In this document: one piece after another, positions 17,022 to 23,566 of the stretch
Layout: every line of letters begins with the position of its first letter
Position numbering within the stretch: position 1 is the first letter of the stretch
Assembly: GCA_031281765.1 (NCBI GenBank)
Contig: JAITEX010000067.1
Coordinates: 1-34,918, forward strand
Source: Eubacteriales Family XIII. Incertae Sedis bacterium
GTDB taxonomy: Bacteria > Bacillota > Clostridia > Peptostreptococcales > Anaerovoracaceae
Direction: 5' to 3'
Length of the DNA: 34,918 nt
Notes under the pieces: model-generated
Databases searched by the model: none
The model's input: the letters and a program-made list of their open reading frames with translations, nothing else
Told to the model about the DNA's origin: nothing
Position numbers and translations under genes: made by a program

Positions 17022-18389
17022 CTACAGGCTCAATTTTCTGCGGAAGGTCCGGGCGATAAGGCAGAGGCTGATAAGGCAGGTTGCCGTCTCCGCAACCGGA
17101 AAGCAGTACCAGACATAGCGCGGTTCAAACACCCGCCACAACAGTAAGGCGGCCGGGATGATGAATACGAGCTGTCTGAGCGAGGATATGATAAACGACA
17201 CAAACCCCACTCCGATAGATTGATAAAAGTTGGCTGTCATAATGGAAACCCCGGACATCGCGAAGGATATGCTGATGACGCGGAGCGCAAACGCCCCTAT
17301 CTCGTTGAGGTTCGCGGACGCGTGGAAAAGGCTCATGATCTCCTGCGGGAACATCTGCGTAAGCGCCGTCCCCACGAGCATAGCCGTTACGGAAGATACC
17401 ATCGCGAGAATAAATGTCTTGCGGACGCGCGGGATATTACGCGCCCCGTAATTGAAGCTGATAATAGGCAGGGCTCCCTGCCCTATTCCAAAGACGGGCG
17501 TAATGATTATCGTCTGCAGGCGATAATATATGCCGAGAACCGCCACGGCTGTCACCGAATACGCCATGAGAATAGCGTTCATCAAGAGTGACGATAGCGA
17601 CGAGATCCCATACATGAAGATGGAAGGCGCCCCGACTCTATAGATGTCCTTAATAATGGGGAAGTTGAAGCGCAGCGTACGCAGGGCAAAGCTCACATCA
17701 CTTTTCGCGCGCGCGAGCAGGATGAGGCCGAGCGCGGCCGCCGAGCACTGCCCTATCACCGTAGCCGTAGCCGAGCCGGCGATCCCGAGCGCGGGGAAGC
17801 CGAACTTCCCGAAAATAAGGATGGGATTGAGAACGATGTTGATGACCGTCCCGACGATGTTAAATATAAGCGGCTGATAGACGAGCCCCACCGATTGCAA
17901 AATCCTCTCGATATTGAACTGGAAGAAGGCGCCGAGGGAGCCGACCGTCGTGATAGTGCAAAACACCGACGCAAGGGACAGCAGCTCGGGGTCGTCGGTG
18001 AGCAGATGCAGAAACGGCATGGTGAGGAGGATGCCGAAGGCCGCGAAAACCAACCAGCTTGCTATGACAAGCAGGTACGCCTGATTGGCGACCGCCGAAA
18101 CCTTTTCCCTGTTCTTCTCCCCGTAGGAGCGGGCCATCAGGGAACCGACGCCAACGCCGGTCCCCGCGGCGATCGCCATGAGAAACATCGGGATGGGGAA
18201 AACGAGCGTCGTCGCAGCCAACGCTTTCTCGGAGATGCGCGCCACGAAGATGCTGTCCACGATATGGTAGACGGATTGGGCCGTCATGGTAACGATGGGC
18301 GGTATCGACATCGCCGCGAGCAAGCGCCCGACGGGTCTGGTTCCTAACTTCTCACTTCCCGGCTCAACGCCGCCCATCTTACCGGCCAT
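17022..18389 (-). CDS. MATE-family efflux transporter
   Basis: 455 aa, ~12 predicted TM segments, with a typical MATE N-terminus (RLLAAMSIPPIVTMTAQSVYHIVDSIFVARI). The start codon lies 2 nt after the NifK-like-2 stop. Confidence 0.88.
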   Translation of the reverse strand: MAGKMGGVEPGSEKLGTRPVGRLLAAMSIPPIVTMTAQSVYHIVDSIFVARISEKALAATTLVFPIPMFLMAIAAGTGVGVGSLMARSYGEKNREKVSAVANQAYLLVIASWLVFAAFGILLTMPFLHLLTDDPELLSLASVFCTITTVGSLGAFFQFNIERILQSVGLVYQPLIFNIVGTVINIVLNPILIFGKFGFPALGIAGSATATVIGQCSAAALGLILLARAKSDVSFALRTLRFNFPIIKDIYRVGAPSIFMYGISSLSSLLMNAILMAYSVTAVAVLGIYYRLQTIIITPVFGIGQGALPIISFNYGARNIPRVRKTFILAMVSSVTAMLVGTALTQMFPQEIMSLFHASANLNEIGAFALRVISISFAMSGVSIMTANFYQSIGVGFVSFIISSLRQLVFIIPAALLLWRVFEPRYVWYCFPVAETATCLISLCLIARTFRRKLSL

Positions 18390-18391
18390 GA

Positions 18392-19678
18392 TTACAGATT
18401 GTTGAACAGGTCCTCAACGAGGGTTATCGCGCCGCGGTATCCGCTATAGGTGCGGTTGAGAATCAGCTGGTCGGTGATGGGATACGCCGCAACGAATATC
18501 TGCGCGTCACGATTGAAGGCGATTTCCCGTTCCAATGAACTGCCGACAAACAGCGAGACGTCGTTATACTCGTCGAGGGCCCGGCCCACATCGTAATTAT
18601 CGGTGGCAAAGACGACATCCGGCCCTTTGACATATTCGAGATCCTGTATCCGGTCCCGTATAGCCGCCTTATCCGCTTCGCGTGACACCGGTTCGGTCAC
18701 CACGGTGACCACCGGGGTGAACCCGAGGTCGTTCGCGAGCGCGTGCGTCATGCCTATCGCCACATTGGCGTCCCCGATGACGGCGAATTTCTTCCACGAC
18801 AGAGCGCCGATGGCCGTTTCGTAATAATTATAGACGTAAGACTCCTCCTCGTAGATGACATCCTCGACGAGTTTGCCGTCTATAGCAAGCGCGTCCGCAA
18901 CCTGCCGGACGAGGCGCGTCGTATCGGTCGCGCCGACCGGCAGCCCCGGGAAACGGAGGCTCGGCACGCCGAACCTCTTTTCAAATTTCCTTGCCTCGCC
19001 TTGCAGGAGCCACGGATTGACTATGACGTTCAGCGCCGCCGCGCCGGCATTTTTTATATGTTCAATGCCCTGGCCGTGCGAGAAGAAGGTATTCACCTCC
19101 AGACCGAGCTTGGAAAAGATGCGCACTAATTCCTCAAACGTGCCCGCCCAATAGGGGTCATGATAGGGGAAGATGCCGAGCAGGTTGATGAGATTGGCCT
19201 GCCTGGGCCGCCCCGGCTCCACGAGCTGGCTCAGGAAGGTGGATATGGTCGTTTCGTATCCGAGGTTGCTGTCCCCCGCAAACCCCGGCGTGGGGATGTT
19301 ATAGACCGGGAAGCCTTCCGCGCGGAACCCCTTCGCCACCGTCTCCGTATCATCGCCGATAATGCCCGATGTGCAGCCGTTGAGGATGAAGTAGGCGTCC
19401 GCGTCGATAATGTCGATACTGCCGCGAATCGTATCGGTGAGTTTTTCAATGCCGCCAAACACCACCTCGCGTTCGAGCATAAGCGAGCAGGGAAGGGACA
19501 CGCTCGAGAGGAAATGCGGCGACTTGAGTCCCGCCTGCCCCGCTTCCCCCGCGCTGGTCTGGAGTCCGCATCCGGGTCCCGAATGAAAGATCGGGCAGAA
19601 TTTGTTGACGGCTGACAGGGTGCTGTTGATGCCGCCGAGTACGCAGCTGCCCCGGGGGTTCTCGGTAACGATGGACAT
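18392..19678 (-). CDS. Nitrogenase component-1 beta-like subunit (NifK/NifN-like), paralog 2
   Basis: GSCVLGG, HSGPGCG and LNGCTSGIIGDD give all three NifK-type P-cluster Cys motifs. The start lies 1 nt after the NifD-like-2 stop. Confidence 0.85.
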   Translation of the reverse strand: MSIVTENPRGSCVLGGINSTLSAVNKFCPIFHSGPGCGLQTSAGEAGQAGLKSPHFLSSVSLPCSLMLEREVVFGGIEKLTDTIRGSIDIIDADAYFILNGCTSGIIGDDTETVAKGFRAEGFPVYNIPTPGFAGDSNLGYETTISTFLSQLVEPGRPRQANLINLLGIFPYHDPYWAGTFEELVRIFSKLGLEVNTFFSHGQGIEHIKNAGAAALNVIVNPWLLQGEARKFEKRFGVPSLRFPGLPVGATDTTRLVRQVADALAIDGKLVEDVIYEEESYVYNYYETAIGALSWKKFAVIGDANVAIGMTHALANDLGFTPVVTVVTEPVSREADKAAIRDRIQDLEYVKGPDVVFATDNYDVGRALDEYNDVSLFVGSSLEREIAFNRDAQIFVAAYPITDQLILNRTYSGYRGAITLVEDLFNNL

Positions 19679-19679
19679 A

Positions 19680-21131
19680 TTAGATTACCTCCTTTATAAA
19701 CTTGAACGGGTCTTCGTCATACCAGCTCTCGCGATACGGCAGGCGCGCATACTTCGACAGCTTCTTGTTGAATCCCGGGTTTTCGATTTGGGCCGCGATC
19801 TTATTCCCCAGCCACACGATGCCGTCATAGCCCATAGTCGGCCGTTTCGGATCCAGAATATGCGTGGTCGGAATGCCGAACCTCGACGACCAGGAGGGTA
19901 CGCCGATAAAGACGTCCGGTTTCAGTTTGTTCACTATATTTACCTGTTCAAAGGGCAGCATATTGGCGACGTCGATGAGGTAATCCCCGTGAATATCGTT
20001 CAGAAACGCTATGTCGTCCTGAGCGTCAAGGTCGTAGACGGGCGTTTCAATGCCGAGCAGTTTCATGCCGAAATCATCGATAAGGGTGGCCGCCGCGAAC
20101 GAACGGCCCGTGCCGCCGCAGATAAACACCGACTTGCCCTGTAGCTTCAGCTTGATCTTGTCCAATTCCGGCTGAATGCGCGCGTGTTCGGTGGCGATGA
20201 TCTCTTCGACTTCATCCCCCTTGCCGGTGATCTCGGCAATGGCGCGATACCACTTATCCGTATTGCGTATTCCCACCGGCATCACCGTATGGGCGTAAGG
20301 AATGCCGAAGTCATGTTCGATGTCCTTCATAAACTCATCGGCGAACACCTTGCAGATGGACGTGGACGCTTCGGCGTTCGGTATATTCAGAACTTTGTCA
20401 TAGTCGCTGAAGAAGGGCAAAAAGTTGCTCTTCAATCCTATCCTCCGCAGCAATTTTTCTATTTCGAGCTGATCCGCGAAGCTCACCGTCATCGGCGCGA
20501 AGAGATTGATAAGGCCCTTCTCCTTCTTCGGGACCGCGCCTTTTAACACGAATTTCGATATGGCGATAAAAGCGGCGTCGTACCCGGAAGCGCAGATTTT
20601 CGACCGAAAACCGTCGCAGTGCACGGGGACGATGAGCGCCTCCGTATCCGGCTGCGCCTCGCGGACGATGGCGTCAACATCATCGCCTATTATACCGGAA
20701 GCGCAGGAGGTGAACACGAAAATCAGCTTTGGCTTGTACCGTTCGGACGCAAGCCGGATGGATTCGCGCAGCTTCCCCTCGCCTCCCATAATGACGTCGC
20801 TCTGATCGAGGTTTGTTATGAGGATCTTCGGTGACGTGATTTTCTCGGCGCCGCGATGGATCTGCGCGACACGGTACATATCCGCCCCCATGGTGATACA
20901 CCCGACACAGCCCTGCGGCGCGTGCGCGATGAGCACGGCGTCATTGACCGAAAGTAACGCGGATATGCTGTTCAGCTCCTGGCATTGATAGCTCTGGCTG
21001 AACGTGCGATCAGCGTTCTTAATACATTTCTTCTTGAAATCCTGCTCGATTTGCAGACTGCTGCCCGCAAGATCGAGATACGTATCGGTGTATTCGCGTT
21101 GTTCCCGAATACCGGAATAGGTTCTTGGCAT
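19680..21131 (-). CDS. Nitrogenase component-1 alpha-like subunit (NifD/NifE-like), paralog 2
   Basis: HAPQGC, FTSCASGIIGDDVDAIV, VHCDGFRSK, STSICKVFADEF (cofactor-Cys position) and GIPTTHILD (candidate His). The ATG at 21131 (MPRTYSG) follows a GGGAGGAG RBS, so the ORF-track start at 21149 is rejected. Confidence 0.85.
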   Translation of the reverse strand: MPRTYSGIREQREYTDTYLDLAGSSLQIEQDFKKKCIKNADRTFSQSYQCQELNSISALLSVNDAVLIAHAPQGCVGCITMGADMYRVAQIHRGAEKITSPKILITNLDQSDVIMGGEGKLRESIRLASERYKPKLIFVFTSCASGIIGDDVDAIVREAQPDTEALIVPVHCDGFRSKICASGYDAAFIAISKFVLKGAVPKKEKGLINLFAPMTVSFADQLEIEKLLRRIGLKSNFLPFFSDYDKVLNIPNAEASTSICKVFADEFMKDIEHDFGIPYAHTVMPVGIRNTDKWYRAIAEITGKGDEVEEIIATEHARIQPELDKIKLKLQGKSVFICGGTGRSFAAATLIDDFGMKLLGIETPVYDLDAQDDIAFLNDIHGDYLIDVANMLPFEQVNIVNKLKPDVFIGVPSWSSRFGIPTTHILDPKRPTMGYDGIVWLGNKIAAQIENPGFNKKLSKYARLPYRESWYDEDPFKFIKEVI

Positions 21132-21175
21132 CTTTCTCCTCCCATACATCCGTCTCCGTCAATATAGCCTAATTA

Positions 21176-21194
21176 ACATATATGAATATCTGAG
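21176..21194. promoter_or_regulatory. AT-palindrome operator, site E (degenerate, one strong half-site)
   Basis: Plus strand ACATATATG-AATATCTGA. It lies at about +5 to +24 relative to the minus-strand promoter of the NifDK-like-2 operon. Confidence 0.45.
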
Positions 21195-21198
21195 TTTT

Positions 21199-21227
21199 AT
21201 TATATGGTGAATTGAACTATATGTCAA
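21199..21227 (-). promoter_or_regulatory. Sigma-A consensus promoter of the NifDK-like-2/MATE operon
   Basis: Minus strand reads TTGACA (21227-21222), 17-nt spacer, TATAAT (21204-21199). Confidence 0.75.
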
Positions 21228-21277
21228 TATAATATGAACTATAGTATAAAATTTATTTGCGTATATAAATTTTTATA

Positions 21278-21306
21278 TTGACAAGAGTAAAGGAGAGGCA
21301 TATAAT
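21278..21306 (+). promoter_or_regulatory. Sigma-A consensus promoter of the NifB-like/NifX-like operon
   Basis: TTGACA (21278-21283), 17-nt spacer, TATAAT (21301-21306). Divergent from the promoter at 21199-21227. Confidence 0.75.
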
Positions 21307-21318
21307 AATACTTATTAA

Positions 21319-21337
21319 ACATATATATTATATATGT
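21319..21337. promoter_or_regulatory. AT-palindrome operator, site C (perfect 9-1-9 palindrome)
   Basis: ACATATATA-T-TATATATGT. Starts 13 nt after the -10. Confidence 0.7.
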
Positions 21338-21398
21338 ATTTGCTGACCTGCCAGAAATTTGGCTCTCAGCTTGTAGATACCGCGCCGAAACGGATGCG

Positions 21399-22301
21399 AT
21401 GCGGAGAAGGACGGATTTCGTGAAAACATACAGAAACGGAAGTTTGATAAACCAACACCCCTGCTTCAACCATGGGGCGAAAGCAGGCAGGATTCACCTG
21501 CCGGTTTGCCCTTCTTGCAATATTTTCTGCAATTTTTGCGTAAGAAAAACGGATGATGAGGAATGGGATGTCGTGCGGCCCGGGCTTTCGTCGGGATTGA
21601 TCGCACCGGAGGAAGCGGGAAGATATGTCGCCGACGCATTGCACTTCTGCCCGGACATTTCGGTGGTCGGTATCGCGGGGCCGGGAGATACGCTTGCAAC
21701 CGATCATGCGCTCCGGGCCTTCGCCTCGGTTCACGAGCGGTTTCCGCATCTGCTGAAATGCATGAGCACGAATGGCCTGCGCCTGTCGGAACGTTTGGGC
21801 GAAGTGATTCGCGCCGGAGTGGATACGCTGACCGTAACGGTGAATGCCGTTGATCCCGGGATCCTCAAGGATATATGCTCAGGCATTATCTATCAAAACA
21901 AGCTGCTCTCGGGCGCCGAAGGCGCCGAAATCCTGATCGCGAATCAGCTCGGCGGCATTAAGGCGGCAGCCTTGGCCGGCATTACCATAAAGGTGAATAT
22001 GGTGCTGATACCGGAGATCAATGGCGACCACGTTAAACAGGTCGCGCATGAGGTCGGAAACGCGGGAGCTTCTATCTTCAACATCATCCCTCTTATCCCG
22101 CAGAACAAGCTCAGCGAATGTGCGGCGCCGAACTGCGGCCAGATTGCCGATGCGCGCGCGGACGCGGAAACGTTTCTGCCCGTATTCAAACATTGCCAAC
22201 ATTGCCGTGCCGACGCGGTAGGGCTTCTGGGTGGCCGGGATTTCGGCCGGGAGGTCTTCGCGAATAAGGAAGCGGTAGCCGACACATTCTCCCACGGATG
22301 A
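21399..22301 (+). CDS. NifB-like radical SAM protein (stand-alone SAM domain, no fused NifX domain)
   Basis: HPCF...GRIHLPVCPSCNIFCNFCVRK (HPC motif + CX3CX2C), VVGIAGPGDTLA, KCMSTNGL and the C-terminal HCQHCRADAVGLLG closely parallel NifB. The start is uncertain: ATG at 21399, or GTG at 21420 behind GGAGAAGGA. Confidence 0.85.
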   Translation: MRRRTDFVKTYRNGSLINQHPCFNHGAKAGRIHLPVCPSCNIFCNFCVRKTDDEEWDVVRPGLSSGLIAPEEAGRYVADALHFCPDISVVGIAGPGDTLATDHALRAFASVHERFPHLLKCMSTNGLRLSERLGEVIRAGVDTLTVTVNAVDPGILKDICSGIIYQNKLLSGAEGAEILIANQLGGIKAAALAGITIKVNMVLIPEINGDHVKQVAHEVGNAGASIFNIIPLIPQNKLSECAAPNCGQIADARADAETFLPVFKHCQHCRADAVGLLGGRDFGREVFANKEAVADTFSHG

Positions 22302-22327
22302 GCTGCCTGAAACGGAAGGTGACATTT

Positions 22328-22678
22328 ATGGCATATAGAGCTGCCTTTGCAACGAGCGACGGATTGACCGTTTACAAACACTTCGGACAAGCGAACGAAT
22401 ATCTCGTCGCCGACATCCTGGAAGACCATTATGAAATCGTAGCTCGCAGAAACGTAGTCCCTCCCTGCAACGCCCGCGGGCACTCGGAAGCGGCGTTCGA
22501 CGCGGTACTTGACGCCTTATCCGACTGTGAAGCCATTTTCGTCGGCAAGGTCGGAGTGGGAGCTGCGGAATACATCGCAAGCCGGGGTATAAACGTATTT
22601 GAAACCCCGGGTGTGATCGATGAGATTTTTTTAAAACAAAAATCGCAGGCGCCTCTTGATAAAAAACGGGATATATGA
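22328..22678 (+). CDS. NifX/NifB-C-terminal-like FeMo-cofactor-binding family protein
   Basis: MAYRAAFATSDGLTVYKHFGQANEYLV...IFVGKVGVGAAEYIASRGINVFE. ATG at 22328 with RBS GGAAGGTGA preferred over 22298. Confidence 0.8.
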   Translation: MAYRAAFATSDGLTVYKHFGQANEYLVADILEDHYEIVARRNVVPPCNARGHSEAAFDAVLDALSDCEAIFVGKVGVGAAEYIASRGINVFETPGVIDEIFLKQKSQAPLDKKRDI

Positions 22679-22684
22679 TATTAT
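22656..22684 (+). promoter_or_regulatory. Promoter of the yezD-like gene (extended -10)
   Basis: TTGATA (22656-22661), 17-nt spacer, TGaTATTAT (22676-22684). Embedded in the 3' end of the NifX-like gene. Confidence 0.6.
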
Positions 22685-22703
22685 ACATATATGTTATATA
22701 TGT
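22685..22703. promoter_or_regulatory. AT-palindrome operator, site D
   Basis: ACATATATG-T-TATATATGT (17/18 arm positions). Directly abuts the -10. Confidence 0.65.
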
Positions 22704-22725
22704 AATAGGGTGATAGGTAGAGCCG

Positions 22726-22905
22726 ATGACCAATGCGAATACCGTTAAAACAGAAGAAAGCCGATTATTGAAAAAATTTTCGCTTGATGACCTCGACAAA
22801 ATCGTCGGCTACATCAACGAAATCAAGTATGGTTCCGTCACAATCATTATTCAGGACGGGCACATAATTCAGATTGATAAAAACGAGAAGATCCGGTTGA
22901 AATAG
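22726..22905 (+). CDS. yezD: YezD-family small protein (DUF2292), 59 aa, absent from the ORF track
   Basis: Hand translation: MTNANTVKTEESRLLKKFSLDDLDKIVGYINEIKYGSVTIIIQDGHIIQIDKNEKIRLK*. The YGSVTIIIQDGxIIQIDKNEKIRL core is the hallmark of the family as I recall it. Confidence 0.75.
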   Translation: MTNANTVKTEESRLLKKFSLDDLDKIVGYINEIKYGSVTIIIQDGHIIQIDKNEKIRLK

Positions 22906-22988
22906 TCGGAGCGCCCTGCCTAAGCAACGCTTGAACGTTCGCTTCAGGTAATCATTTCTATCCCGCTGCAACAAAAAACCCTACCCCC

Positions 22989-23017
22989 TTGACATCCGCC
23001 CCGAAAGAGTATAGTAT
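22989..23017 (+). promoter_or_regulatory. Candidate promoter of the MarR/ABC exporter operon
   Basis: TTGACA (22989-22994), 17-nt spacer, TAGTAT (23012-23017). Confidence 0.5.
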
Positions 23018-23046
23018 CTAATGCTGTTAGTATTTAATGCCGTTAG
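23018..23046. promoter_or_regulatory. Candidate MarR operator: two CTAA-N5-TTAG-type palindromes 16 bp apart
   Basis: CTAATGCTGTTAG (23018-23030) and TTAATGCCGTTAG (23034-23046), immediately downstream of the -10. Confidence 0.4.
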
Positions 23047-23098
23047 CGACACGGGACGTATTTGCGGCGTTCAAAACAGATTGGAGGCGGTACCTACC

Positions 23099-23551
23099 AT
23101 GGACTATGAAAAAGTAGCTGCGGAATTTATCGAGCGCAAGATGCCGCGCGGGCATGCGCACCATCCGCCGCTTGAGAAATATCAGCTGTTTACCAAGGGG
23201 GAGCGTTTCGCCCTCTTCTATCTGATTCATACGGACGGCGGCGTGACGCCCGGCGATATTACCCGGGCTACGCACACGTCATCCGCGCGGGTCGCCATGG
23301 TACTGAAAACCTTGGAAGCGAAAGGCTATATCAGCCGAAGCCCCGACCCGCAAGACCGGCGAAAAGTCCTCGTATCCGTGACAAAGGCCGGCCGCGCCAT
23401 CATTGCGCGCGAGCAGAAGGAACTGATAAAAATCATCGCGACTATATTCGAGCGCATGGGCGAACGCGACACGACGGAATTCGTGCGGCTCTTCGGCACA
23501 TTTTTCGACTATATGTCCGAGAATTGCGAAAGCTGCGAGGGGAACGCGTGA
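23099..23551 (+). CDS. MarR-family transcriptional regulator
   Basis: Winged-helix segment LFYLIHTDGGVTPGDITRATHTSSARVAMVLKTLEAKGYISRSPDPQDRRKVLVSVTKAGR. ATG at 23099 (MDYEK) with GGAGG upstream. Confidence 0.88.
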   Translation: MDYEKVAAEFIERKMPRGHAHHPPLEKYQLFTKGERFALFYLIHTDGGVTPGDITRATHTSSARVAMVLKTLEAKGYISRSPDPQDRRKVLVSVTKAGRAIIAREQKELIKIIATIFERMGERDTTEFVRLFGTFFDYMSENCESCEGNA

Positions 23552-23566
23552 GAGGGAGTAATAAAG

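Noticed and set aside
12453-21131. Interpretation as a canonical N2-fixing nif operon (nifHDK + nifEN + nifB)
   Set aside because: The gene order is unlike known nif clusters: H is monocistronic and the two DK-like pairs lie in opposite operons, fused to an amino-acid importer and a MATE pump. Both beta-like subunits keep three P-cluster Cys, so neither looks like NifN. Neither alpha-like subunit shows the NifD GHH (His195) motif by eye. No nifI, nifV or nitrogen-regulation genes are present. This is not fully excluded without phylogeny.
22765-22974. 69-aa minus-strand ORF in the ORF track
   Set aside because: It overlaps the plus-strand YezD-family ORF (22726-22905), which has a family-typical sequence and its own promoter and operator.
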